A DNA stretch of 64,000 nucleotides from a virus (lineage: Duplodnaviria; Caudoviricetes): IMG/VR virus record IMGVR_UViG_3300022666_000111; one strand, 5' to 3'. The position numbers and the translations under genes were made by a program. Below the pieces are notes generated by a model, which ran no database searches, was not told the origin of the DNA, and worked only from the letters and a program-made list of their open reading frames with translations. Shown one piece after another: positions 38,053 through 47,417 of the stretch (the stretch's first letter is position 1; every line of letters begins with the position of its first letter).

Positions 38053-38291
38053 AGTACCTCCTCGTCCTTCTCGTTCTCACCGTAGGCTGCCACGATATGC
38101 GCGCAACCAACCCGGTCTCCGCAGAGTACCCGTGTGGGACACGTGCGCACCCTTGTAGCCGGGCACCGCTCACATGCTGCTGGAATGCTATGGTGTGTGG
38201 AGGGCTCGAGGGGACGGGGTGTCCCGCAGGGATGTGTTGTGCCATTGATAACGAGCGGACGCCCCAATGGCTGGGCTACAGCAGCCCGTAG
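38049..38291 (+). CDS. Small Cys-rich lipoprotein
   Basis: Lipobox LTVGC. Confidence 0.6.
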   Translation: MKYLLVLLVLTVGCHDMRATNPVSAEYPCGTRAHPCSRAPLTCCWNAMVCGGLEGTGCPAGMCCAIDNERTPQWLGYSSP

Positions 38292-38590
38292 TCGCGCAGG
38301 TACTCCCGCCAAGCATCCCAAGCCTCGGAAAGACCTCGCCAAGGGGCTATGGAGATCTCGGTGCCCCTCTTGCTTAGCGTGATCGTGTAGTGTGGGCGCT
38401 CCCAAATCCACAGACGGTATTCGGACCCCAGGACCGTCTTGGTCTGACGACCGAACCGCGCCTTGTGGCGGGCAAGCTTGATCTGGAAGGTGTCTCCGGC
38501 TTTGAGGGCGTAGCGTCGGTAGGCGTCGACCCAGCGATCGGGGTCGCCCTCATTGAGGATGATCTGCTCAATTGGAATTCGATCGTCCAT
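38276..38590 (-). CDS. Hypothetical protein
   Basis: ORF in minus-strand run. Confidence 0.45.
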   Translation of the reverse strand: MDDRIPIEQIILNEGDPDRWVDAYRRYALKAGDTFQIKLARHKARFGRQTKTVLGSEYRLWIWERPHYTITLSKRGTEISIAPWRGLSEAWDAWREYLRDYGLL

Positions 38591-38903
38591 CACAAGCCTC
38601 GCGGCAGGCTTCGGCCACGTAGTCCTCGCCGAGCTTCCAAGCGTGTCGGTAGTAGACGAAGGTGGCGGCGGCGCGAAGCGGGCACTTGAAGCTCCTGTAG
38701 CCAAAGGAATTGGCCTTCGCCCCGGGGGGAAGGTAGTCAGGGTCCCATTCTACCTCGTAGGTGCCTTGATCCGTCGATCGGACGGTCAACAGGTCCCCAT
38801 AGAGGTTGATGTCAAATCCAGCGGGGTGCTTCAGAAGGGTCAAGACCGCCTGAATCTCAGCCCTTAGCTCTCGTCGTCGTCCTCTCGAAGTCGGTCCAAC
38901 CAT
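38568..38903 (-). CDS. Hypothetical protein (start uncertain)
   Basis: ORF in minus-strand run. Confidence 0.4.
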   Translation of the reverse strand: MVGPTSRGRRRELRAEIQAVLTLLKHPAGFDINLYGDLLTVRSTDQGTYEVEWDPDYLPPGAKANSFGYRSFKCPLRAAATFVYYRHAWKLGEDYVAEACREACDGRSNSN

Positions 38904-39274
38904 GATTGACCCTCTGGTGCTGGTGTGGCTTCCTTGCGCTTACGGCCCCGACGTGCGGGCGCCGGAGGGGCCGCTGGGGCTTGGGGCTCTGGTGTTGCTA
39001 CGGTCGGGGGTGCTGGCGTTTGCGGGCGTTGCTGGTGCTCAGCTAGACGCCTGACTCTGCCTTGAAGATCCTCAATGGCTTCAGCTTGCGCACGAAGACG
39101 GGTGCGTACCATATCCAGGACGTCTTCAGACAGGTTGGAAGTCTCGTGCCGGATCATCCATGTCATGTAGTAACGCCAGGCCCGCCAGATCAAAATGAGC
39201 GCAAGCGAGAGAAGCATGGCGGCGACCCGCCAGTCACGGATGATGTAGGTCGAGACTTTCTCAAACCACGTCAT
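38864..39274 (-). CDS. Single-pass membrane protein with SWLDRLREDDD tail
   Basis: TM + coiled coil + Pro linker + acidic tail. Confidence 0.6.
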   Translation of the reverse strand: MTWFEKVSTYIIRDWRVAAMLLSLALILIWRAWRYYMTWMIRHETSNLSEDVLDMVRTRLRAQAEAIEDLQGRVRRLAEHQQRPQTPAPPTVATPEPQAPAAPPAPARRGRKRKEATPAPEGQSWLDRLREDDDES

Positions 39275-39971
39275 TGGGGTCTATGTCCCAGGCTGGACGT
39301 GCGGGTTGCTGTTCAAAAGCCTTGATGGGGGCGTAGCTACGGCGGTGGATCGGGCAGGGGCCGAGCTTGCGCAGCGCCTCCTCGTGGACTTTGGTGCCGT
39401 ATCCCTTGTGCTTCTCGAATCCGTAGCCGGGGTAGTCTTGAGCAAAGCGGGCCATCTCCCGATCACGGTAGACCTTGGCGATGACGCTTGCCAAGGTGAT
39501 GGCAGGGACGATCTGGTCACCTTTGGGGAGGCAGAAGACTTGGGGGTTGTGCTCTGGATCCAGGTTGGGGTTGATGCTCCCATCCACGATCACGATGGGG
39601 TTCACCGGGAGGCGGTGGAACGTCCCCTGGATCGCAAGGCGATGAGCCAAGCGTAGGGCCGCTGAAGCCCCGAGGCGGTCAATCTCCTCGGGGGGCATGA
39701 CGTAGGGGCTGATGACGATGCTATCGTTTGGCTTGAGCCAATAGCGGTCAAAGATACGCTCCCGTTCGGTCTCGGTGAGCATCTTGGAGTCACGCCAAGG
39801 GTTGCCTGGGCCACGGTTTCGGAATTCAGGATCGGTGGGTTCCCAATCACAAGAGACGGCGACCGCGCAGGTGAGGAGGGGGCCAGCCCAGGCCCCGTAG
39901 CCAGCCTCGTCGCTTCCGACAATCGGGGTGGCCCTTGCAGTATCGATGGTGGGGATGCCTGTCTTGAGCAT
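39261..39971 (-). CDS. rnhB: Ribonuclease HII
   Basis: GSDEAGYGAWAGP, DSKML, VDG, KGD, ASVIAKVYRD, HKGYGT, HRRSY. Confidence 0.95.
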   Translation of the reverse strand: MLKTGIPTIDTARATPIVGSDEAGYGAWAGPLLTCAVAVSCDWEPTDPEFRNRGPGNPWRDSKMLTETERERIFDRYWLKPNDSIVISPYVMPPEEIDRLGASAALRLAHRLAIQGTFHRLPVNPIVIVDGSINPNLDPEHNPQVFCLPKGDQIVPAITLASVIAKVYRDREMARFAQDYPGYGFEKHKGYGTKVHEEALRKLGPCPIHRRSYAPIKAFEQQPARPAWDIDPNDVV

Positions 39972-39979
39972 GATGCCAT

Positions 39980-40369
39980 CTACACCAGATTAGCCGTGTC
40001 GCACAACCCTCGAAGCTGGATTTCAGCGGTATGTAGCGCAGCTTTGTAGACCTGCATCTGCCAGGAGTTGAGCCGCACGCCACGGACCGGAACGAAGAGG
40101 GCCTTCTTGAGCTTGACGCCATCCATCAGACGCCCACCGGGGTAAGTCACCTTGCAGAGTTCGAGGGGATCAACAACAAGCTGACCAAGCACGACGTGGG
40201 CGGCGGAGTCAGCCCCCATGCGACCGTCGTCACAATAGTGTCCAGGGCATGTTGCGACGTCAGCCAGGATGGCCTTGGCGGACCAGAGGACCGTGAGGTG
40301 GTGCATGACAGCACCGGGGAGGTTGTTGAGCGTTTTACCAATGACACTGGAAGTCGTGTGTTGAACCAT
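39980..40369 (-). CDS. Hypothetical protein
   Basis: ATG 9 nt after GGTGTAG; stop within the next GGTGTAG. Confidence 0.55.
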   Translation of the reverse strand: MVQHTTSSVIGKTLNNLPGAVMHHLTVLWSAKAILADVATCPGHYCDDGRMGADSAAHVVLGQLVVDPLELCKVTYPGGRLMDGVKLKKALFVPVRGVRLNSWQMQVYKAALHTAEIQLRGLCDTANLV

Positions 40370-40378
40370 GCCTCAAAG

Positions 40379-40927
40379 CTACACCGGATCAACCTCTAGG
40401 GTGCGGTTTATCTTCTTGAGGTCGTCAAGCTCCTCCAGCTCCTTGGTTATGCTGAACGCCTCCAGCTCCTTGGCTTCCGCCCGCAGCCTTCGAAGCTCCT
40501 TCAATTGCTTGGCGAAGGCCGCCTCTGCTACGGTGATGTTGTCTCGGAGGGACTTCTGGTATGCTTCACGATACTGGTTGAACCGTAGCGCGGCGGCTTC
40601 CAGTGTTAGATCGCACTTCGACTTGGGGTAGGCGTACACCTTACCCACCTCCTCGGAGCGCGTCTTGTATCTCGCGCCGGACCAAATCAGATCGAGCTTG
40701 ATGCCAAGGAAGGCTGGGCCGCCCATCCGGACGGGCCGATCGCGTTCGCCTACGCACGTAAGCATGTGGATCGCCATTGATTGGAGGCTGAGCCCCTTGT
40801 CGACGTAGTAAATGGTCCTTGGGAGGGCGCGTAGGGCGCACCAGTCATCGGCGACGTCTATGGCAGCGTTGGGCTTTGGTGTTACAGGGGGCGCGCAAAG
40901 CTCATCCCAGTCGTCTTCGATGGTCAT
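40379..40927 (-). CDS. Hypothetical protein
   Basis: SD GAGGA; C-terminal coiled coil. Confidence 0.55.
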   Translation of the reverse strand: MTIEDDWDELCAPPVTPKPNAAIDVADDWCALRALPRTIYYVDKGLSLQSMAIHMLTCVGERDRPVRMGGPAFLGIKLDLIWSGARYKTRSEEVGKVYAYPKSKCDLTLEAAALRFNQYREAYQKSLRDNITVAEAAFAKQLKELRRLRAEAKELEAFSITKELEELDDLKKINRTLEVDPV

Positions 40928-40934
40928 GGCGTCC

Positions 40935-41288
40935 TCATACGAGCACGTGCTTCACGTTGTGCTTGGTTACCTTGCCCTTCTTGAGGCGAAGCCCTGAGAA
41001 GGAGTCACCGCCCTCCCAAGTCAAGACCAGGTCCGCCGACCCGTTGAAGGCGGGGAGGATCTTCTTGAGCAGATCTTCGGAGCCGCTGTTACCGCTCCAC
41101 CAGATGTGCTTGGGGTAGATCCGGCCGTTCTTGACGGTCTGGCCTTTGACCCAGCCGGGATCGAAGATGTTGACCTCTGGGAGGTACTCGTCCTCCGCGT
41201 ACTTCTCCTCGAGGGCCTTGTAGTCCTCCAGAGAAATGTAGAAGTCCTTGGATTCGACGATCTGGATTGAATCGATGTTGTAACTCAT
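40935..41288 (-). CDS. Hypothetical protein
   Basis: ATG 8 nt after GTTGATC-N13-GGCATA (41297-41322). Confidence 0.6.
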   Translation of the reverse strand: MSYNIDSIQIVESKDFYISLEDYKALEEKYAEDEYLPEVNIFDPGWVKGQTVKNGRIYPKHIWWSGNSGSEDLLKKILPAFNGSADLVLTWEGGDSFSGLRLKKGKVTKHNVKHVLV

Positions 41289-41321
41289 GCTGCTCCTATG
41301 CCCCAAGGTGCTGAGGATCAA

Positions 41322-41591
41322 CTAGAAAAGGGTCGAATCCGACATCTTTCGACGGAAGGCGACGCGGCCGGGCTCTTGCCCAGGGGCCGTCCAAACCTCG
41401 TAGACGCGTCCGTGGGCGCTTAGGTTGCCCCGGTAGTCCCTGTGCTCATAGCTCGGGGGCGTAAAGCGCGTGCCCCATTCCGGCTGGATAGCTGCGAGGG
41501 TATCCTTGTGGAAGACGAGCTTGATGCTTGAGGTCTCGTCAACAAGACGCCGGTCGAGAACGGCGGCCATACGGAGGGAGTCTTCGCTCAT
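41322..41591 (-). CDS. Hypothetical protein
   Basis: ATGA coupling. Confidence 0.5.
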   Translation of the reverse strand: MSEDSLRMAAVLDRRLVDETSSIKLVFHKDTLAAIQPEWGTRFTPPSYEHRDYRGNLSAHGRVYEVWTAPGQEPGRVAFRRKMSDSTLF

Positions 41592-42100
41592 TTGGTTTCT
41601 GCCTCAAGTAGAGCCCGAACGCGGGCGATCTCTTCGGGGGTATGCACGGTCCCACCTGTGTTGAAATCGAGGTACCATCGGAGGACATCGGCTCGGGTAT
41701 CCAAGTCGTTCACGTGGAACTTGACGCCGTGGTGGCTGCGCATGAACCCCGTAAACTCCGAGCGCTTGTGCCCGAACACGGGGATCTCGTCATGGAGGAA
41801 GCGGAGGAGGGCGTGGAGCCGTTGCTTGCCGTCTACAAGCACGAAGTCCTTGATGTCTCCTTGGGTCCATCCAATGCAGTTGAAAAGGATGTCCCGGCCG
41901 GTGCGACCCCCTCGGAGGATGTGTTCGACGTAGCGGATCTGCTGCTCGTCGACCCATACATGAGGCCGTTGGAAGTCAGGGTCCAGGTTGCAGCCGTACT
42001 TCTCAACGTACCGCTGAAGGCTCGCTTCCAGCCCGTCAAGGGGGACGTCGACGTAGTAGCTTGCGTCGCGGGTGTAGGGCTTGATCTCATCGAAGTTCAT
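41588..42100 (-). CDS. DUF262 (ParB/Srx-fold, GmrS-like) protein
   Basis: LDPDFQRPHVW, VDGKQRL, FNTGGT. Confidence 0.85.
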   Translation of the reverse strand: MNFDEIKPYTRDASYYVDVPLDGLEASLQRYVEKYGCNLDPDFQRPHVWVDEQQIRYVEHILRGGRTGRDILFNCIGWTQGDIKDFVLVDGKQRLHALLRFLHDEIPVFGHKRSEFTGFMRSHHGVKFHVNDLDTRADVLRWYLDFNTGGTVHTPEEIARVRALLEAETK

Positions 42101-42372
42101 TGGACCCTCTGGAGCGCCTCTGTCACGTATTTCTTGCAGGCGGCCTTGGCGTCCTCAATGTCCGTGTAAGGAGGGATGCCCTTGGCGGCGGAATTGAAGA
42201 GGGCGATGCCGTAGGTGTCACAAGCTGCCCACCAGTACCAGCCATTGGGGCATCGGCCGTAGTGGACGTGCCCGACCGCTACGCCCTTGTAGCGAAGGTC
42301 GTAGCCTCGTGGCCCTTGGCTTACGCGGGCGAGGCCCGTTTCGTTCGCTTGCTTTTTCCAAGTGAGGCGCAT
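42097..42372 (-). CDS. Hypothetical protein
   Basis: Coupled ORF. Confidence 0.55.
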   Translation of the reverse strand: MRLTWKKQANETGLARVSQGPRGYDLRYKGVAVGHVHYGRCPNGWYWWAACDTYGIALFNSAAKGIPPYTDIEDAKAACKKYVTEALQRVQ

Positions 42373-42551
42373 TAGTCTCTCCCGGGGATCGAAACCCAGC
42401 GTTCCGAGCCGTCCTTGGCGTAGGCTTTGTAGAGCACCACCAGCCCGTTGGCCTTGGCGTAGGTGTCACAGGCTTCGCGGCCCTTGGCGACCGTCTTTCC
42501 GTTGACTTGTAGCTGGGGGCCTTTGCGGGTTTCGATGTATTTAGCGAACAT
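42372..42551 (-). CDS. Hypothetical protein
   Basis: ATG 8 nt after GTTGATC-N13-GGCATA (42560-42585). Confidence 0.55.
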   Translation of the reverse strand: MFAKYIETRKGPQLQVNGKTVAKGREACDTYAKANGLVVLYKAYAKDGSERWVSIPGRD

Positions 42552-42586
42552 GCCCTCTGTATGCCGGTCAAGGTTGGGGATCAACG

Positions 42587-43126
42587 TTATTTGCAGAGCC
42601 AGGCGACGAGAAGTACCAGGAGGCAGGAGACGATCGGGATGGCATAGCCAGCAGGGGCCAGCTTGTCGCCCATATCGGAGATGCGAATGCGTGTGGGGCG
42701 CACAACGGCTGAGCTGAGGAGGAACGTGATGACGAAGGCCGCCTTGAGGGAGATCTGCTGCCAGCCCGTCAAGGGGACGATGTGCCAAGCCCAAACAACC
42801 TTGAGGGTGTATGCCTCAAGGAGGGACACGCCGGGGACCCAGAGGAAGAGGAACGCGATGATCTTCCAGAAGGACGTGAGCCGCGTCATTCGTTGCTGGA
42901 TGTCCTTGGAGGTCTGGAGGATCCGAACCTGTGTGTCTGTGGAGGCAAGCTCCCAAGAATTCCAGGGTATGACGGCACCCCAGAGCCCGTTATCGAGGTG
43001 CTCGATGGTGATGGGAAGCTCCCGTTCAGTGACACATGCTGCCTTGAGCAGGTTCAAGTCACCGGAGCTGGCGAGGACGTGGTAACGGTGGAGAGATGCG
43101 TCAACGTGGATTTTGAAGTCAGGCAT
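42587..43126 (-). CDS. Multi-pass membrane protein
   Basis: Several hydrophobic helices; ATG 9 nt after GGTGTAG. Confidence 0.55.
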   Translation of the reverse strand: MPDFKIHVDASLHRYHVLASSGDLNLLKAACVTERELPITIEHLDNGLWGAVIPWNSWELASTDTQVRILQTSKDIQQRMTRLTSFWKIIAFLFLWVPGVSLLEAYTLKVVWAWHIVPLTGWQQISLKAAFVITFLLSSAVVRPTRIRISDMGDKLAPAGYAIPIVSCLLVLLVAWLCK

Positions 43127-43135
43127 ACCGGGGAT

Positions 43136-43411
43136 CTACACCGGGAATCGGTACCACACGAAGCCATGCTCGGTACATTCGGCGACCCCGAGGTTCCCCT
43201 CGAGCTTGAGGTGGCGTACGTCCCCACCCTCCTTGCACATCGGGCAGGGCGCCTTGAAGGAGGCGAGAACCTTGGCGGTCCCACCCCCGGCTTCTGGCGG
43301 GACCTTAACCCAATCGGGGACGTCTCCCCCAAGCAGGAGCATTGTGGGGTCGTCACGGCCAATGGCTGCGACGTCTCCGGGGCGGCGGTTGAACCATTCG
43401 GTTGCCATCAT
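43136..43411 (-). CDS. Small Zn-ribbon protein
   Basis: CPMC...CTEH; SD AAGGAG. Confidence 0.55.
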   Translation of the reverse strand: MMATEWFNRRPGDVAAIGRDDPTMLLLGGDVPDWVKVPPEAGGGTAKVLASFKAPCPMCKEGGDVRHLKLEGNLGVAECTEHGFVWYRFPV

Positions 43412-43701
43412 GACTCCTTCGAGAAGACCACCAGGGCGGCGGCCAAGATATGCTTGCAGCGGATCTGACGCTTGGCGAAGTCGCCGCAGGTGCATTCGCT
43501 GCGGTGTGACTTCTTGACTAGCTTGACGAGGTAGCGGTGACCCTCGCTACCCTCGACCACAAAGATGTCCTTGTCTTGAGTTGCCTCAACATTCGCCACC
43601 AGGGCCTTCGCGCGCTCGAGGCGGTCGGCCAATTCGGGGGCGACCTTGGTCCAGCGAGCTGCGGTGGCGTTTACGGCGGCGGCGGTGGGGGCGTTCATCA
43701 T
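43408..43701 (-). CDS. SWIM zinc-finger protein
   Basis: Y.V....CTCGDF......CKHILA; bipartite element at 43710-43735. Confidence 0.8.
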   Translation of the reverse strand: MMNAPTAAAVNATAARWTKVAPELADRLERAKALVANVEATQDKDIFVVEGSEGHRYLVKLVKKSHRSECTCGDFAKRQIRCKHILAAALVVFSKES

Positions 43702-43708
43702 GCCCCTG

Positions 43709-44395
43709 TTATGCCGCGACGACGACGCGATCAACACTTTTCGTTGACTCGAGGAACTCCTCCCGGAGATCCTCGAGCCTGTGTTGGGGGTAGGTCAAAC
43801 GCAAGGAGGCGAAGTCCGCCAACGGGCGGGTAGCCAATGCGAAGTAGGTGGTCCTCTTCGAGATGAACCCGGTAAGGGCCACCTCTTCCGGAAGGGCCAC
43901 ACGAGACCGCTCACTCCAAAAGGGGTTGGATGTGAGGAAAAGGACGTGGGCTTGGACCCCCTCGACTTCAAGCAGGATCGCCCAATGCTCGGAACAGCCA
44001 TCGTAGTGCCGCAACACGGTGCCTGGGGCGAATCTATCGGGCGGTGCTGGGGGAGCCTCAACGCGATTGGCGAGGGCCTTCTTTGCGATGCCCCAGCATT
44101 CGTCAACGTTCCGCGCCATCACTTCGTACAAGGCGATGACGTTGTAGTGCTCACGGATGCTGGCCTCTCGGCTCTTCTTGGCCACGAAGATGGCCAGATG
44201 GTTTCGTACCCTGTGAAGCCCGTAGATCCACGGCTTGGGGGTTTGCTTGGGGCGGGCTTTCTTCTCGGGGAGCTGACTGTCAAGCGCCTTGTTGTAGGGA
44301 CGGATGTACGTTGAGCAGAAGGCGCAGACTACCTTAGCGTCCTTCACGTAGGTGTAGCTGGCTTGACAAGATGGACATACGTCGGCGGTCTCCAT
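43709..44395 (-). CDS. Zn-ribbon hypothetical protein
   Basis: CPSC...CAFC; SD AAGGAGG; bipartite element at 44434-44459. Confidence 0.55.
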   Translation of the reverse strand: METADVCPSCQASYTYVKDAKVVCAFCSTYIRPYNKALDSQLPEKKARPKQTPKPWIYGLHRVRNHLAIFVAKKSREASIREHYNVIALYEVMARNVDECWGIAKKALANRVEAPPAPPDRFAPGTVLRHYDGCSEHWAILLEVEGVQAHVLFLTSNPFWSERSRVALPEEVALTGFISKRTTYFALATRPLADFASLRLTYPQHRLEDLREEFLESTKSVDRVVVAA

Positions 44396-44454
44396 AGAGC
44401 CTCCTTCATCCGCTTTTGGCGGGGCGTCGTAGTTATGCCGGAGGCCGCACAAGA

Positions 44455-44688
44455 TCAACGACTTGTCGGGTCCCAACCGCTTTTGATTGCGCCTTGGACG
44501 ATCCTGGTGACGTCGCTGGGGGTCACCGTGCCGTAGACCGTGAATTGCTTAGGTTTGCCGGGCCGGTCCACGTCTTCTTGGACCGTGAGGATAGACTTGC
44601 TGGGGTCGAGCTTATCAAGCCGAGCCATCCAGCGGTAGGTCCTGCCGTTGATCTCAATGCCGCGACTTGCTTTTCGGGGGATTCCCAT
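44455..44688 (-). CDS. Hypothetical protein
   Basis: R.IEING..YRW...VTP..V...I.SGW.P pattern. Confidence 0.55.
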   Translation of the reverse strand: MGIPRKASRGIEINGRTYRWMARLDKLDPSKSILTVQEDVDRPGKPKQFTVYGTVTPSDVTRIVQGAIKSGWDPTSR

Positions 44689-45320
44689 CAAACACGCTCC
44701 CAACGCGCACGGTATTCCTGCGCATATTCCAGGTGGTAATGCACACGATCGTTATGCTGCATGATGCCCCGAGCCATTATGTGCCCAATGGCCCCAAGCA
44801 GCTCAAACCGACTCAAACCTTGGAGGGCGGGGAGGAGTACTTCCGGGGGATCTTTGAAACACGCCCGGTCTAGCTGCATGAAGGCCAGGGATGCCGGAAG
44901 GTCCTCCGGGACGTCAACACGAGGAACGTCGACGGCGTGTGGGGGCACCTCGGTGTCCACGGGGGTTACGGCGTGTCGCAGCCCTACCGGAACAGCCTCA
45001 AGGGCAGGGTCCTTGCCCGTCAGGATAAGGACATCGGCAAAGTGAATGTCCTCCCTACATCGGGCCACACACTGTACGATTTCATCCGAGAGCGTGCCTG
45101 TGGTGAGTAAGACGTGTTGACGCAACATGAGCGTTTTACGACGCGCCTCAAGGATTTCCGAGACTTGTGCTATGGCGCATTGCTGCACCTTAGCTCCGTA
45201 GGCCGATCCGTGGTGAAACGCCCCACAGAGGTCATTGTGTAACTCTTGGGGATCCTCCGAGCGTACGTAAATGATCGGCTGTAGCCCGCGTAGGTAGGTT
45301 CTGAGAAGGGTGGGTAACAT
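44688..45320 (-). CDS. Hypothetical protein
   Basis: SD AGGAG after GGTGTAG (45338-45344). Confidence 0.5.
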   Translation of the reverse strand: MLPTLLRTYLRGLQPIIYVRSEDPQELHNDLCGAFHHGSAYGAKVQQCAIAQVSEILEARRKTLMLRQHVLLTTGTLSDEIVQCVARCREDIHFADVLILTGKDPALEAVPVGLRHAVTPVDTEVPPHAVDVPRVDVPEDLPASLAFMQLDRACFKDPPEVLLPALQGLSRFELLGAIGHIMARGIMQHNDRVHYHLEYAQEYRARWERV

Positions 45321-45337
45321 GTGGGCTCCTGCTGGTA

Positions 45338-45802
45338 CTACACCGCGCGCTTCTGGTCGCGCTCGTAGGACATCTTGACGGCGTGCTCTTCGGGGCTGAG
45401 GGTGATGGTGCTATCAGGGCTGCCGTTCCAGTAAGGCTCCAGCCCGGCTGCCTCGAGGGCTGCCAAGACCAGGGCGCCGACCTTGGTGGTGTCAAGCCCG
45501 ATCGGGCCGAGCTGCTGGCTGTCAAGCTGGCCGAACCGGATGTGAAGGGTCTCTCCATCCAAGAAGCTCTCGGTGTCTTGGTGGTGGTAGAACACCGAAC
45601 CGTTGACCTTCTTGCCCTTGTTGACGCGAATGACGGCGTCTTCAGTGATCGCGTAGCCTGCGCAAGAGGAGCAGCATTCGTAGTTCTGCCTGGCGATCAG
45701 GCCCATGGCGCGCATTGCCGCGAATGCCTTGTTGAGGCGGTACTTCATGTCGGTAACGGCGCTGGTGATTTCGTAGCTGGGGCGGTAGTGGTGGCGGCTC
45801 AT
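45338..45802 (-). CDS. DUF6891-like protein
   Basis: L.KAF..M...G.IARQN..CC.SC, FYH.QD, WNGSPD. Confidence 0.65.
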   Translation of the reverse strand: MSRHHYRPSYEITSAVTDMKYRLNKAFAAMRAMGLIARQNYECCSSCAGYAITEDAVIRVNKGKKVNGSVFYHHQDTESFLDGETLHIRFGQLDSQQLGPIGLDTTKVGALVLAALEAAGLEPYWNGSPDSTITLSPEEHAVKMSYERDQKRAV

Positions 45803-45810
45803 GCCCTATG

Positions 45811-45843
45811 TATGCCGGGGCAGGCAGGGGATCAACGGTGTAG
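45811..45843. promoter_or_regulatory. Abutting divergent elements: GTTGATC-N13-GGCATA (-) and GGTGTAG (+)
   Basis: TATGCC 45811-16, GATCAAC 45830-36, GGTGTAG 45837-43; each start codon 8 nt away. Confidence 0.75.
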
Positions 45844-45851
45844 CGACATCC

Positions 45852-46187
45852 ATGTCGAGAAAATTCGAGACCGCCTTGCGGCGCAAGGGGCTCCGAGACC
45901 GGGCCGTTGCACATCTAGGCGGGAAGTGCCTGATTTGCGGCTACGACAAATGCTCCGAAGGGTTTGACTTTCACCATGTCGACCCGATGGGCAAGGACTT
46001 CACGATCTCGAACAAGATGACCTCGTGGGCGCGAATCCTTCCGGAGCTTTCCAAATGCGTGCTCCTTTGCTGTAGGTGTCACCGTGAGGTCCATGCGGGT
46101 TGGCACGTCGGCTTTCTTGCCACGGAGCCCGCCCATAGTGAACCTGCCGTAGGAGGCATCTCGGTCCAGCTCGATTTGGTTCGTTAA
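45852..46187 (+). CDS. HNH endonuclease (small, Zn-binding)
   Basis: GGKCLICGY...FHH.DP...LCCRCHREVH. Confidence 0.8.
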   Translation: MSRKFETALRRKGLRDRAVAHLGGKCLICGYDKCSEGFDFHHVDPMGKDFTISNKMTSWARILPELSKCVLLCCRCHREVHAGWHVGFLATEPAHSEPAVGGISVQLDLVR

Positions 46188-46210
46188 TCTCCATGGTTAG
46201 CTGATCAGGT

Positions 46211-46453
46211 ATGAGCAGCGTGCATCGCCTAATCCGAGCCTCCCAAGCGGTAACACCGCTCGCCGAGGTTCGCTTCAAGGGTATCCCCGACCGAGAGGAT
46301 TGGGTAGTGTGTCAGGTCTTGGCCGGTGGGGTCATCCTTGCGGAGTCAGCGGCGGGGCCGGTGGATACTGTCATGGAGGACGTGATTGGGCGGCTCGAGA
46401 AGATGAGTCAGCGGATCCACCTTGCGGCGGTTAGGGAGGAAGAGGAGGGCTAA
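46211..46453 (+). CDS. Hypothetical protein
   Basis: Plausible ORF converging on the next gene. Confidence 0.45.
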   Translation: MSSVHRLIRASQAVTPLAEVRFKGIPDREDWVVCQVLAGGVILAESAAGPVDTVMEDVIGRLEKMSQRIHLAAVREEEEG

Positions 46454-46914
46454 GCCCAGGTGATGTGTGTGGCACCCCTCTTGACGAGAACTTCAACGTT
46501 CTCCGCGAGCTGGGCTAGGCGGCGGGAGAGGTACTCCTCGTCGATGCCTTGGCTGTAGACACGGACGGGGCGAAGCTCAATTGTCCCGTCGCCGTTGTCA
46601 CGGGGTTTGCCGTATTCGATCTCCGTAGCGCGGGTGCAGGCGCCCGCCTTGGAGTCGAAGGTGTTGACAGCGCGCATGATGGCGCGCCGCATCTCGGGGA
46701 CAGTGACCTCCCCGACCATACCGTCGGGACCCATGGGCTCGAAGCCCAGCAGCTTCAGGAGCGCTGATGCATTCATATTTGAGAGGTTGAGGTCGAGGAT
46801 GTCCTCATCGCCCTCGCCCATGTGTACGGTCGTGGGGATTGTGTGGGTTTCCCCGGAGGAGAAGTTCACGGTGCGGGTGACGTTGTGGTTGGTGCCGTAG
46901 AAGGTGACGCTCAT
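46450..46914 (-). CDS. Hypothetical protein
   Basis: ATG 8 nt after GTTGATC-N13-GGCATA (46923-46948). Confidence 0.6.
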   Translation of the reverse strand: MSVTFYGTNHNVTRTVNFSSGETHTIPTTVHMGEGDEDILDLNLSNMNASALLKLLGFEPMGPDGMVGEVTVPEMRRAIMRAVNTFDSKAGACTRATEIEYGKPRDNGDGTIELRPVRVYSQGIDEEYLSRRLAQLAENVEVLVKRGATHITWA

Positions 46915-46943
46915 GTCCCTAGTATGCCGAGGGTCCTTGGCGA

Positions 46944-47417
46944 TCAACAGAATCTTGCGAGGTCCTTTTGAAGGTCCAGGCTTCGAGGGCATTCGTCAAG
47001 GAGGTGGAGGACCCGCTGAAGCTCTCGAGGTGGAACCTCTTGCAGGACGTTCTTGGCATCCAAGAGCTGCTCGATAGCATACTCAGGGTCTTCCAGTACG
47101 TAGCCCGGATGGCTACGCCGACTACGGCGGGCTGTGCCCCTACAGTAGTTGTAGAACTCATTGTGAAGGGCCGTCCACAAAGTATCACGGAACGCCCGCT
47201 TTGGGCGGCTCAACCAGACCTCTGACTCCAAGAGGCGGAGGAAGAGATGCTGAACGACGTCGTCCAAGTCCTCGGGGTTCTCAAGGTAGGCCAAGGTCCA
47301 TACACGGACAGCCTCCTGACAAGTCACGATGAATTCGTTCGCGGTGAGAGGGGCGACTCGGAGGGGAGTGAAGAGCCTTCTGGCTTGTCTATAGGATTCG
47401 TAGTCTGTTACGTTCAT
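46944..47417 (-). CDS. ECF-like sigma factor, region 2 only (region 4 apparently truncated)
   Basis: EDLDDVVQHLFLRLL...FRDTLWTALHNEFYNYCR resembles ECF region 2; GTTGATC-N13-GGTGTAC upstream (47426-47452). Confidence 0.55.
   Translation of the reverse strand: MNVTDYESYRQARRLFTPLRVAPLTANEFIVTCQEAVRVWTLAYLENPEDLDDVVQHLFLRLLESEVWLSRPKRAFRDTLWTALHNEFYNYCRGTARRSRRSHPGYVLEDPEYAIEQLLDAKNVLQEVPPRELQRVLHLLDECPRSLDLQKDLARFC

Noticed and set aside
41588-42100. GmrSD or other defence system
   Set aside because: Stand-alone DUF262 domain with no DUF1524/HNH partner adjacent.
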